Shown piece by piece: positions 49,309 to 62,930 of a DNA stretch of 64,000 nucleotides (positions are counted from its first letter, which is position 1; every line of letters begins with the position of its first letter). The notes beneath the pieces were generated by a model. The model was not told where the DNA came from, ran no database searches, and was given only the letters and a program-made list of their open reading frames with translations. Source of the stretch: Azolla caroliniana (Eukaryota; Plantae; Polypodiophyta); contig JBHGNT010000020.1 in assembly GCA_043228905.1 (NCBI GenBank), positions 11,160,001 through 11,224,000 of the forward strand, written 5' to 3'. The translations under genes were made by a program, and so were the position numbers.

Positions 49309-50353
49309 TGTCGTGAAGATCCGTCACTACGTGTGGATCGTGAGGCAGAACCGTCGGGGTTCTGGACCGAAAGGACTCGAAGTTGGTGCTAGCTTTAACG
49401 AGAAAGGATTTAAGATAGATTGAAAGAGAGAGAGATTGAGATAAGATAGAACTCTTGATTTTAGATTGAGAGAGAGATTAAGATTGAACTCTTGACTTTA
49501 GATTTGAAGAACAAGGTATATCATCATAAGGATAACGAATTTTCTTCTTAATATTAATTTTGATATAAAGTACAAAGCTCTTGATAAGAATTTTACCTTC
49601 CAAAATCCCCCTCTTTTGTAAATGCCCTCATGCATTTGAGGGTTCAAGACATGCATAAAATGAATGTTTGCCATTTGGCGCTCATGTATTACATATGGTG
49701 CATAATAACCACATCACTCATTTTAGCTCTCATGTATGAGAATTTACATACAAAGTTACAATGATAAAAACATCATTTCAAGAAAATGTCTTGGTTTAGT
49801 TGTAAGCCTATAGACTCTCAACTTGGAGGTGCCAGGTTCAAATTCACACTTGCACTCCTTGTGTATACATATATTTATTTATTTATTTATATATCTATCC
49901 GATCGCCGGATGACGTCGGACCGCCGGTTACGTTGCCGATCTGGTTTTGGTTGGGCAAAACCTTTGCAAGTAGCTAAGCCACACCCATTCATCCAATAGC
50001 TTAGTTCAAGTCACCTAGAACTCTCTATGCTCCACACATAGACACAAAGATAATAGCTTTTGCTCTACCTTATATATGGTAAGATCCTTATTTCCTATCT
50101 ATGTGGGATATCTCACAGTTTTATTTTTCTCTTCTTCCTTCTCATACTTCACTCCCACATAACTTGTCACTTAGATGTCCGTTTTTTTATGTGGTAAAGC
50201 ACATTTGAAAGCTCTTGAAGACCTCCATCTTTTTGTACTAAGATATTAAACATATTTAAAATAGTATTTTCACTATTATTGTTTTATATGATTCATACTC
50301 AATTTCGTATGTTTTATGCGATTTTCACACCATTGCCGAAAATCTTCACGACA
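49309..50353. mobile_element. About 1-kb solo-LTR/TIR-like insert in the 3' LTR
   Basis: TGTCGTGAAGAT...ATCTTCACGACA. TSD CCGT/CTAT (the second copy has decayed). The empty site is visible in the partner LTR at about 57689. Confidence 0.85.
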
Positions 50354-52398
50354 CTATTATACCTTGGTCACATCAGCTTTATTCTCTGTCCCTTTGGACA
50401 GAGATACACATCGATTCCCCAAACAATAAATCTCCCCTACCTAGTATGTTTACATCAGCCGACCTATCCCCAATTATGTACTCCTCATCAATCCTTGTGC
50501 CCGCATGTAAGGGCCAGTTCATGCTCTCTATTTACCGATTCCTCCTAGGGATGGTTTTCCCCACGACATCCGCCCCCACCTAACCGCGCATCCATCAGTA
50601 TGCGCCAAAATAGATCTTTGCTGGAGAAGACCGACCCGCGCTTATCTTACGATCTCTGGATCGCCATCTGCTCCGAATCGGTCGTCGTCGTTATCCATGT
50701 CCTCTAGGTCTAGTTCGTCCTCGTGCTACTTATTGAACGCCTTGGTCCTCTTCCCGACCACCGACACAGTTATTTTTGTTCTGTCGATCTCCGCGAGATG
50801 GTAGGTGTCGTTGTAGTTGGCGCTTGTCATCTCCTCGCAAATTTCCGCATCGCCTTGTGCTGGATGTCGAGGTTGTTGTCGTAGACTAAAAGCCAATCGC
50901 CTTCCTCAATTTTCTTCGGTCGTAGTCAGTGAGTTCAGTCGAATCGCCCCTTGTTCTTTGTCCTTCCCGCACGCAGCTTCACCGTTGCTCATTCCACGTC
51001 CTCCGGTCTTCGCTCAAGCTGTCGGATTCGCATCACTAACAGCTCCTCCCGGCTCATCTCGTCTCTCCAGTCCACCGCGGCCCACGAGAAGATCGTTCGC
51101 TCCATCGGCATGATCGGCTTCTGCCCGTACATCAACTCCGCCAGCATGAACCCGGTTACCAACTGTGCGTAGTTCGGCCCGCCCACAACACGTAAGGTAG
51201 GAGCCGCGGCCAGTTCCCGACTTCACCTTCACATGCCCGTACCAATGCCTTTACGATTGGCCCGTGTCCGCGCTCCACCCTCCCGTTTGCCTCTGGATTG
51301 TACGCCGTGGTGAGCGAAAGTTTGACCCCTAACTGATCAAACAGTTCTTCGGCCTCTTGTGCATCCAGTTCTCCACAGTCCGCTACGATCTTCCCTACGC
51401 ACCCATACCGACATACCACCTCTTCGATCAGGAACTAGCACACGGCCGCGGTCGTCTTGTTTGATAACGCTCGGCCCTCCACCTGGTTCATCAAGTACTC
51501 TCGTGCTAGCACCAGGTATCGCATCTACCCTACCCCCATCGACATCGTCACCAGATCCACCATCCACTTGAAGTGGACGGTCGGCGGGTAAGTCGGGTGT
51601 AGCTCGTCCCGATGTCAGACTATGGAATGCATCTGACAGCTTTCACAAGTCGTTACGAACCAATGCACGTCTTGGTATAGTCCCAGCCACCAGTACTTCT
51701 CCTTCAGCTTCTCGAACGTTCCCCATGTCCCCCGATGCCCGGCCCAAAGACTCTCATGGTACGCCGTCAGTAATGCTTCCTGCTCCTCCTTCCTCGCCAC
51801 TACCCGGAGTGGGACGTCATCTCGCTTCTTCAAGTGCTTCCATATGCTTCCGTCCCGTAGGAAGAATTAGTATGCTTTCTTCCGGATCCGGTTAGCCTCC
51901 TCCTTTGTCCACGTCGTGTCCGACGTCATCGTTTTCAGGAACCCACCGATCTAGAGCCACTCCCCGTCATACTTGCTCTCGTCAAACTCGTTAAGCACCG
52001 GAGTGCTCCCCTTTCTCATCGTCACGTAAGTCGTCTCGAAGAAGTCCACAACGACTTCCTCTTCCTTTGAAACCATGTCGCCCTCGTCATCAAACCTCGC
52101 TCTCGAAAGCATGTCGACCATGGTGTTGTCCTTCCCGGAGATGTGCCATATCTCCTGATTTAGGGACTTAATGTACGCTATCCACCTAAGCATTGCCAGG
52201 TCCGGCATTGTGCATCCAGAAACCATACCAAGAACCAGTAGGCAATCTATCTCTATTATTACCTCTGTCCCTATTAGGTAGTCTTTGTCGGCCTTAACCG
52301 CCGAAACGATAGCCTAGAGTTCGCGTTTAACCTGGGCGTATCCTCGTTGTCGCTCGTAAGTACCTTCGCACCGAATTGGATGGGGAACCTCGTGCCGT

Positions 52399-53382
52399 TG
52401 TCGTGAAGATCCGTCACTAAGCGCGGATCGCGGGGCAGAACTGGCGGGGTTCTGGACCGAAAGGATTCAAAGTTGGCACAAACTTTAGCGAGAAAGTATT
52501 TAAGATAATTTGAGAGAGATTGATATGGCGAAAGAGAGAGAAGCAATTGACTTTAGATTTAAGAAACAAGTTACACGATCAATTCGATAACAAATTTTCT
52601 TCTCTTAAATTCGTATATAAAAAAAAGTACCCTCCCTTTCTCTTTTTCATCTCCTCTTTTATAGATGCTCTCATGCATATGATGCATGTGATGCATGCTT
52701 GCCATTTGGCGCTCATGCATTACATGTGATGCATGAGAATCATGCTAATCAATCAAGGTCTCAATGTATGAGAATTTACATGTAAAATTATAATGATAAA
52801 AATATTATTTTAAGAAAAATGTATTAGCTTAGTGGTAAGCCTATAGAATCTCAACTTGGAGGTCCAAGGTTCAAATCCACACTTGCACTCTTTGTGAATA
52901 TATATATGTGTATACATATGTTTATTTATTTATTTATATATCTATCCGGTCGCTAGATGCCGCCGGTTCGCCGCCAAAACTTATATAGTTAGGCCACACT
53001 CATTCATCATATTAACTTTGTTCAAGTCACCTTGAACTTTCTATGCTCCACACCTAAACACAAACATAATAGCTTTTTATCTACTTTATATATTGTAGGG
53101 TCCTTGTTTGTCCTGTCTATGTGGGATATCTCATAGTTTTATTTTTCTCTTTTTCCTTCTCATACTTCACTCCCACATAACTTGTCACTTAGATGTCTGT
53201 TTTTTAAGTGGAAAAGCACATTTGAAAGCTCTTGAAGACCTCCATCTTTTTGTACCTAGATATTAAACTTATACAAAATATTATCTTCACTATTATTGTT
53301 TTGTTTTTCTCGTGAGAAGAGCCACACTCGATCTCGAATGTTCCTTACAATTTCCACACTATCGCCGAAGATCTTCACGACA
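52399..53382. mobile_element. Second copy of the ~1-kb insert, within RNase H
   Basis: TGTCGTGAAGATC...GATCTTCACGACA. TSD CCGT at 52395-52398 and 53383-53386. The host frame EDENG|TRFP rejoins. Confidence 0.9.
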
Positions 53383-56300
53383 CCGTTCTCATCCTCCTAG
53401 TTGATCACCCATCCGATTCTAGTCGGACTCGTCTCTACAGTTACATGAATCGGCACATGTTTACCATAGACCGCTTTCCGGAGTGCTAGTGTTGCGGCAA
53501 GCGCTTCTTTCATTTTTCAGACCAACTATGCATGCTCCCTACCCCACTCGAACTTGTGCCCTTTCTTCAACAACCCGTAGAGCAGCTCCACAATATGGGT
53601 GTAATGCAGGATCCAAATGTGGTAGAACACTCAAGCTCCCAAGAACCTCTGGACTTCTGTAACCGACCTGCAGTCTTCCTTCATCGCGGAGATAGCTTCT
53701 ACCTTAGCCGGAGACGGTTTCCAGCCATAAGGCCCGCACAAGTGTCCGACGACCATGATTTCCGACTGTCCGAAAGCCGATTTCTCCCCAAAGAAGGTGA
53801 GTCGCGCGCCTTTCAGCTTCCGTAGCACCTTCTCGCAGTCTCCGATGTGGTCCGAGAAGAATTTCCGACACCTGTCCGATCTGATCGTTTTGTCCTTATC
53901 CTCCACCGAACATCCTTTGATCGGAATGTCATCCAAAAACGGCATGGTGATGTCTGAGATGCAGTCCCTTAGCACCTTATTCATCGTATTCACCATGTGT
54001 GCTATCGAGTTTGTCCCCCCTTGAGGAAGGCTACACATCCGCACTAGGCAGAGAGGAGTCCGCATTGTCGTAATATCTCAGCTCTCTACGGCTAGTTGGA
54101 ATTGGTCATACCCCGAGTAGAAATCCCCGACCGAGTAAATTGACCTTCCGGTGAAGGCCTCCGCGAACTCGTCAATGGTCGATCCGATTCCTACGTTCTG
54201 AATGGTCACCTTGTTGACCGATTGCAGGTTTTGAATAAAGCACAACGTGTCGTTCCTCTTTGGCACGGTAAACCACCGATTCGAGTATGGGGCACTCGAC
54301 AGTTCGAGGATGCCCATCTCCACCTTCTACTTCAGCAATTCCATCAGCTTTGGGATGTGAGCTCTGGGTACTGGAATCGGTTTGAGATTCCACGATACAT
54401 CCAATACCATGAAGATAACCATCAACTCAATGACCGTCAGGTCTACGCACCCGATCTCTTCCAGCGAGAATGCGAAGGCCTTCCCGTGCCTCCCGAGGAT
54501 TCCCCGAAACCGTTCCTCCTCCGCTGGCAGTAGAAAGCCACCCCCACCGACCTTGAGCTCCCGTAGCATTGTGTTGGTGAACCGGTGTCCTATGCCGGCC
54601 GGATCCCGTAGACTTGGGTCCGACGCGACCCCTTTCATCCGTACCTTGCTGCCCTCTGTCAAGGGTGCCGCGACTGGCCTCACCTTCCGGTCCACAGTCT
54701 TGTACCTTGTATCCACACGAGCCATCCGATCTGACTCGACCCCTTCCCCAAAGTCGGCGATGACTTCGTACATCCGTTCCGAACTAACCGGAAATTTCTG
54801 GTCTTCACTGGGGTCTTCTTCGAGCACGTTCCTCAGATCTCCCAAGGTGTCGTTGAAAGAGACCGCCTCCACGGCATTGCCTATCACTTCGTCGGGGCCT
54901 AGAACTCTGCATGCCCTAAGACGTTCCTCCACCCGCTTCTTCTCCCAGCCGCTAATGCCGGTTATTGTACAGTCTCTGTTGTCGGAGAACCAACATTTCC
55001 TGTCTATAGTACAGGGTTTCCTTCCTATGGTACACTTGTGGGGTTTTTCTGGGGTGTCCAAACTATCGTTGCCCCACGCCTTGATAGCCCTCTCTAAAAA
55101 TCCCCTCGACCTTCACCGCTGAAGGTCTCGCGGTTGCACTCATGGTTCGGTCACACCGTTAGAAATTGGACGGAGTGCCGCCCATCTTGGCTCTTCACTC
55201 GGGCATACGTCGAACCATTATCCAGCACCTTTGTCTCCATGTGTCCCGCCGTGATGTATGGTTCGTCGAGGATCACTGGGTGCGAGGATGTCTCCTGCAC
55301 GAAGAAGTGGTGATCAATCTCGACATCGCTGATCTTTACTCGTACATTTGGGCAGGCCCCGTGTAGTTCCTTTGTGGCGCGCGTCGTTGCTCGTATTTTC
55401 ACCCATGCTTGGTGTTGATTGGTCACTTACCCTTCTTGTAGAAGTCCATGGACATCAGGTTGATCTTTGAACCGTGGTCTACCAACGCCACCACCGGCTC
55501 CTGGACGTCTCCGATCCGAACGAGGGACTTCGTAGTAGCTCTAGCCCAATGTAGCCTCGAATAGTGGCTTTCCGCCAACTCGTCCTCCAAGGCCATATCT
55601 TCCAGGTGCGTCGTTCGCACCTACACTGGCTTCTCCGGCTCCAGTTCGGTCGAAAGTCGTTTCCGCTTCACCAAGTCCACAATGAGGTTGTGGAACTCCT
55701 TCTTGGCGATCCCGAGCACTTCCCTTAATAACAGCTCCACCTTGTTGTCAAGGATTTGTTCCTCCAGGACCTTTCGTAGATCCATCGTCCTTTCTATCTT
55801 GGTGCTCAGTCGGTAACCGGCCTTCTTTGTCTTGTCTGGTGCGTCGGTGGTATCGGCACCATTCTGCTTCGACCCGAACCGGGTCTCGTACCATTGTGAG
55901 GGTCCGGCCCCTCCGGCTTTTCCCGCACGCTTGTCCTCTACCAAAACCTCGTAGTTCTGGCACACGGCTTCCACGAAGCCAGTCTTTTCCTCGACCGGGT
56001 CGCTCCACCTGGTGACCTCCCGGACCCGTCTTTCCGCACGGTCTGCTTCCTCCTTCCTCAACCGCACGTCGGCGAGGCCTTCTAGCACCAACGGCCAGAA
56101 CCCGGAGTTCTTCGTCTTCCGGCCTTCGTCACTCCTGACCCGGATTCCTACCGACGCCGAGTAGTGGATGGTCTACGCATGGCGCGCCGTCGCTTCTTCC
56201 ATCAGCCTTTTCATTCCTCCTCGTCCGATATTCAGCTCCAGGGCTCTCCGGGTCTCGCTAGTGTGCATTCGCCCGTTCCATAGGTACACCACGTTAGCCC

Positions 56301-59300
56301 TTATCGCTTCTGCGAAGTCCACGCAGTCCTTCCAGATGTGACCGACTGCGTCACACCACAAGCACCAATGCCCATCCGGAGGCCTCCGGTCGCGAAACTG
56401 CTCGTCGCCGTCCCTCCTTGCCTGTGCAATCTGGAGGTCTTATACCATCTGCATCAGCTCTTCTAGAGCCGCTCATCCGGACGGGCCCTTGACCACGTTG
56501 GTCAAAGTCAAGCCTGTCTCAAGCCAATCCTAGGTTTCCTCCCTTCCCGCCAGCGGGGGTCCCTCGAGCTTTCATGCTACAACCGCTCCTGCCCCCAATG
56601 AGCCCTTGTCGACCCACTCACGCCATTTGTCAAAATGGCCACAGACTCTCTTTACCACGACCCAGTCAACCGTTAGCCCATCATCCGTCTCCAATAGGAG
56701 ACCCACCTGATCTCGATCCCGCGCATCCACGGATTTGACAAACAACAAGACGCGGCTCGTGTCCAGCACTACTCTGTCCAATGCCGAGAGCCGTGCGAAG
56801 CATTCTTCAAACTCCCGGAGAAGCGTCGACGCATTCATCCCCTTTCCAAGGGTCTCCACCCAATCCATGAAGTCCCGCTTTGATAACCGAAGCGCGTCAT
56901 CAAGCCCATACTTCTCAAGGAGCTGACCTTCGAATTCTTCCCAGGTCCGGCACTCAACCTGCACCTCAAGCACCTCCGCGTGGATGCCCGGCATTGCCAC
57001 CCGAGGGAATCCGGCCAGCCGCCTATCCTCCGGAATGTCCCTCATTACCATTTCGGCTCGGTAGGCCTCTAGATAGCTCGTGGCGTCCTTCCCACCGAAC
57101 CGGCCTATTGTACCAACAATCGCTTCGAGGGCGCATGTGCCCTCACGCGCACTCACTATCCGATCAACGGCAGAAGCCATGGCTTCAACAAGCTCCGATC
57201 CCCTCATCTTTTGATTCCTCTACTGCCTTGTTTCATGTCGGGTTTACCAAATTAATGTTGTGTTATTCTGCACGCACAGGAGAAACCAAGGCGAGACTGC
57301 GAGGGCCCTGAACCGGGGAATAACCGAACAGAGGGAGGAGCGACACAAAACCATGGCCGAGCCGCGCACACAAATACACAGAGAACTCACAACGAAGATC
57401 GAACAATGAATAAGGCAAATATATATTTATGATCAAGATTACAACCGGCTAGCCGGTGAGCGTCAACGCTCTAACACCAACTCACACAACGCACACGGAC
57501 AATGCGAGATGGAGCCTTTGCTGAAGCACTCGGGCTTTCCACGAAGCAGAGGCAGCCTCCCAAAACCTGTAGAGAACGATGAAAGACAGAGGAGAAGAGC
57601 TTGGTCCCAGTCCGACAGCACTTCGTCCTTCACAACGTGATCCCTTCTCTGTCTTCTTCCCTTCCCTTTTATAGGCCGCCGGTAGGGACCGTTACACCCT
57701 GGTCACATCACCTTTATTTTCTGTCCCTTCGAACAGAGATACGCATCGATTCCTAGACAATAAATCTTCCCTACCTAGTATGTTTACATCAGCCGACCTA
57801 TCCCCAATTATGTACTCCTCATCAATACTTGTGCCCGCGTGTAAGGGCTAGTTCACGCTCTCTATTCACTGATTCCTCCTAGGGACGGTTTTCTCCACGA
57901 CACCGTCGTGCTCGGATCGAGCTACCGAACCTCAACAGGGTCTTGGTCAAGGTTTACCGCGAATTGGAGAAAGCAACTTGCGTTGCCAAAGACATGGCAG
58001 TCAGCAGCAGACAAGCACGCAAACAGGCCAAAACGGCTACCGACTTGTGGTAGGATTCGAAGAGCCGACTCACTGATCTGGGACAACGGCTCAAAGAATC
58101 CGGGCCAACCAATCTTCTCACCCTACCAACCCCTTCTTCCAATCATGTGGATGTGTGCACACAGACCGAAGACACAACCGACTCGGTGTCGGACACGGAG
58201 ACGGTCAAGGACCCAACACCCAATTCCAAGGAGGATATTGTGGCGCAATCGACAATGGCCGAGAAAGCAAAAGAGCATTATGAAGCGGCTAAAGAAGAAG
58301 CTGACCAACTCTGTGCGCAGGCAGCAAAACACAATGTAGAACTCCAACAATTGTTCGACGGACAGACGGCTCAGCTTCAAGAGACGGAAAGGAAAGTCGT
58401 CGCATCTCTCAAGGCCGCTCATGACCTCGCCACAGCAAAAATAGCCGAAGTTGAGGAAGGGCATCAATGGGCATACAACCGACAATCTGAAGAACTCCTA
58501 ACTCTACAAAACAAACTCTCAAAACTTCATATCCGCTCCAGTCAGCACCTTCAAATGTTAGACGTAGTTGAGCAGGAGAAACATACATTGTCAGAGTCCC
58601 TCCACCAATTGCAAATCTCCAGGACGCTCGAACTCGAACAGCAGTGGGATCAATATATGCAAGAGTTAGCCGATAATTCGGATCGCCTCCTCTGACGCTA
58701 CGACCTACATACGAAGGAAAATGAGAAAAAGCTCGTCGAAGTTGTCGTATCGTGCAAGATCCTCAAAGCCAAGCTCGAACGGAACATCACGACGACTAAA
58801 GAAGAACTCGACACCCTCCATGCCAAATATGAAATGGGCGAAACCAAAGTGAAGGCACTAGTGGCAAAGCATCTGCTGAAGCTGAATCAAAAAGTTGAAG
58901 AAGCACTCGCTCGTGGATGGAATGAATGGGTACCTCAAGCAGCCGAGTTACACGTCTTCCGAGCATATGCCAAAAATCAGAAAAAAGAGGGTCGTGGTTT
59001 TTACAAGATGGACGAGAATAGCATTCAGATCCTTCGTGAAGACCTCACCGAGAAATTCCAAGCCCTGGCCCGCACACACACCACGGCCATCAGGAATCTC
59101 CTCAAAGAATTTAACAATAATCAACTATTGCTCACGATTGAAACAGAAGGCTATCTGAACGCCTCCAAGCTAAGAAAGAAGTTGAAGCCGCAACACAGGC
59201 CTTAACAGGCCACATGACTGAAGAAGCAGTCCAGCAGCAGAACGAAGACGCAGCGTAGCCTAGGGGCTGACAGAAGAAGAGGGGAGGTGCCTGAGCCAAA

Positions 59301-62300
59301 AAGGGAACAAGTGGTTGAACAGACCATAGAGACAAAGCAGGAGGAAGGGGCTATGGAAGCCACAGCGGAAATTATAGACCAATAACTCTATTTGTCGGTT
59401 GATTTCCACGTGGAAGATCCAGAACATGAGGAAGCACCTCAAGAGACAGCAGAGCAAACCGAAGCCCAGGAGAACACGGAGCAAAGGGTCAATTTGACGG
59501 TTGATCTCAAACCAAGGGAGTCAGAGGAATCGGAGGGCATTAGATCAATTTTGGAAGAAGAATGAGTGTACAATAGTAATTTTCGGCTCTTTTCTCCATT
59601 TCGTCGATTTTTTTAAGCAAATGTTTTGGGTTCGACGTGCAAGGCACTATCCCACGACCGTGCCAGGTATTATCTATGGGAAAAAAGGGCATGAGGTGTG
59701 AAACGAATCTAAAGAGACGAGTAGGGCAAGTAAGTAAAAAAAGGAATCAACCGAGCACTCACGGTCGAGGAAGGTAGAACGAAATATATGCAACTAAGTA
59801 TGAAGGTTGTGAATTAGGGGAAGTAGTTGTAGTGCACCAAGGAGAAAAGAGGTTATATAAATCGTGGAATAGTAGAAGAAAAAAGGAGAGCAAATATATA
59901 TATGCCTATGTTATGATATAAGAGAGTGTCACTGTGACATGTATAATCGGCATGTGTTGTCTTGTAATCGATTTTATTTCGTAATCAACAAACATACTTA
60001 TTGGGTCACCCCTGTGTTTGTTTCCGTAATCTGTATTGTCATTTCGGCTATTCTTAAGTCATAAGTAAATTACCGATTGTGGCCGGTTATCGTGTAACTG
60101 ATGGGCCTACTCCGCCCTATCGTAACCTCCTACATAACCACGACCCCTTGACCCGATTACTCAAGGGGGAAGTAATCGAAGGTGGATCCCCGTGAAGGAG
60201 ATAACAATGGGGGCATAGTAGATTTGGATATGTTCCATCAATAGAGAACAAAAGAAACTCAAAAGAGTAAATCTCTGAGGTTATTTTAATACCTCTAAGT
60301 CTTTGGCAAGATGGTTCACATGGACAATATGAAATCTAAGAAACAAGGCAATATGTTCAAGTGGTGAAGAGTGATTTAATGGGGGTGGTTGTAAATTTTT
60401 GTACCGAGAGCAAAGGAAAACATGAGTTTGAAAATTAAAAATGCAAGGTATCTTTCTATAAGCAACAAAAACATTTAACCAAACACTTGCTCTTGCGTTC
60501 GGAAACGATGAAAATCCTTATGAAAATTATAATGATCCCAATTCCAATGAGGTTCGTATAGAGTGGGGAAATGGAATTGAGAGGTAATTCCATGTGTGCC
60601 AAAAATATACTAATACCTACAACCCAATGTCCACAAAGTCTCCCCTTCAGATTGTGTGATATAAAATTTATGGGTTATAATTTATTTATCGATTAAAGTG
60701 CATTAAAAATAAACAGTATGCGCAAAACTTTCATGAATGTCCATACTATGGAAGATTCCCCATGGATATCTACATATTCGCAAAGCCTAGGCTTTGGTAT
60801 GTCAACTCTAAATAAAATTATTGACTCTTTTGAGACGAAATTATGTGTGTAACTTGCGTACTTATCTTGATGCAAAAACTAACAAATGAGGTATGTCACA
60901 AGTGCAATTGTTCAAAGTATTGAATATTCATGCACAACTTCTAGCCACAAATTTTGAATGTATCACATTTTCAGTATGTTGAATTGCATGTTCATTTTGT
61001 CTTCCATGCATGCTTTGAGAACATTCAACGTTGAAGCAAAACCCTAACTTCCAATAATAATACAGAGAACATCGTGGGTACTTCAATGTTTGAATCTTTC
61101 AATGTTCTTCTACCTACCATACGAGTGTGATAATAGCAATGCCAAAACTAAGGAATCTCTTAGGTTTTCTATTACTAGTTACCTAATTATTGTCCTTGTA
61201 AGTCGATGGTAGAAAAATTTGAAATGCTAATGAGATCACTATTATCATGAAACTCCTTCAATTTTACAACTTTTACATGGACGTAGGATTTTTGATTATT
61301 CACTATTTGATCAAATCATATTTCAATCCATATTGCGATCTTTTATAGATAATGAACCCACTTGTTTTTTGCTTTTCTAAGCCACATTTTATGCCTCATT
61401 TTAAAGCATTGATAAGTTATTTATGGGTGTGGAGTGGAGTGTGTTTTATTTAATTGTGAGATGAGTGGCTATTATCACATATGAGGAAAACAATGTCATC
61501 CTATAGTGATTATGGTGGGCTATTATTGTATGGATCTAGTTTCACAAAATATGTGAAAGTCTCTCCTTTCCAGATCCTCCAATATCGTAACATTTTCGAC
61601 ATAGAAGGAGCCACCCACATGCTGAGCTACAGAGTTGCCCACTATCATACTATTCACGGTGATAGTGGGCAAGTGTCATTAAAAAGTGATTAAGAGACAA
61701 TATTGAACACTACAAGTTTCATTGCGTGAGAGCATGCCTAGATCTTCAAGGGATTAGTAGTCTATGTGCACATAAGATCACTAGTTCGTAGCATGAGAGA
61801 AAAGCCATTTACCAAATTGCCTTAAGATTGAGTCAAGGTTCTTCATTAGCATTAAATTGCTCTAAACTAGGGAGAGTTAAAGCGTTTTTGCACATGGAAT
61901 TGATGCAAACACATGCATATTCATAATCACAACTAATGATATGATTTAATATGATTGTTCGCTCCTCCAAGGCCTTTGAAAATGTCACAAGTCTATATAT
62001 TAGTAACTTTATGAAGTGCTCATCCAAAAGAAAATATATGCCATAATTTATATGGTTTATGCACAATTATATGATCTGCAATGTAGGTTCCTAGCTAGTA
62101 GCGATTAACAAGGATGAATCTTATGGTTTCAAATAAATGGGACATCCAAAATATATGCAATATGCACCAATTATTTTATGCTTTCACAAATTCAAAGTCC
62201 CCCTCAATATTGAGCTACATTAATATTTTATTTAATAGTTTGAATTTGATTCACTTTTTTATATATAATGTAAATAATTAAAATAACTTCATCTTGCAAG

Positions 62301-62536
62301 CATCATTGCTCAATGTTTATCAATGTTGGTATAAATTGTGATTAGTAAGAAGAGAAGGACCTCTTGGGTCATTCTTGATCACTTTGTTTAAAAAATGTTT
62401 CTAGGTGATTCTATGAAATTTTATTTGTTGACTATCTAGAGTGAAGTCAGTCGAATGGCTCAACTAAATCCTACATCCTTCAAAATATTTAATTTTACAC
62501 TAGCGTGCAAAGCTTATGACTTGACCAATGTTCCTA

Positions 62537-62930
62537 TGATCCATTTACGTTAAATCTATATAAGAAATTGGATTATGGCATTATATGATCATTTTAAGAA
62601 TGATTTTGATAGATTCAGAGCGAGAAAGTTCTTTTGTCCATAATAATACAATAAAGACTTGAAAAAATACAAGACGGTAGTTACAAGCGTTACGCAATCG
62701 ATTTTGGGAAGGATTCATGCACAACGTATCACAGGGACAAATGCACCTACTTCAATGATCCATTTATGTTTAAGCTATATAAGAAATTTGATTATGCATT
62801 TTGCAATCATCTTAAGTATGACTTTCAAAGATTTAGAGTTGCAAAGTTATTTTGTCCATAGTACTATGATAAAGACTTGGACAAATACAAGAGAGTAATC
62901 ACTAGTGTTACGCAATCATTTTGGGAACGA
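62537..62930. repeat. Diverged ~218-bp tandem duplication
   Basis: atgatccattta..ctatataagaaatt at 62537 and 62755; ataaagacttg..tacgcaatc..ttttgggaa also repeated. Confidence 0.75.

Larger units (their letters stand above)
48871..57902 (-). mobile_element. Decayed full-length relative of the tRNA-Trp Gypsy element
   Basis: LTRs at 57256-57902 and 48871-50568 (split). TSD CCGT at 48867-48870 and 57903-57906. PBS at 57232-57249. PPT at 50569-50581. Gag/PR/RT/RH/IN fragments closely resemble 24701-30306. Confidence 0.92.
45849..60206 (+). mobile_element. Athila/Tat-like element C, 3' part (integrase 45849-47175, extra ORF from ATG 47564, 3' LTR about 59697-60206), split by the 48871-57902 insertion
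   Basis: IN motifs [23 protein letters not shown] and GPF. The extra ORF reads through KRVTKTR|RARIEL once the insertion is removed. Confidence 0.8.

Noticed and set aside
52820-52890. Functional tRNA gene
   Set aside because: A and B boxes are present, but there is no convincing acceptor or anticodon stem.
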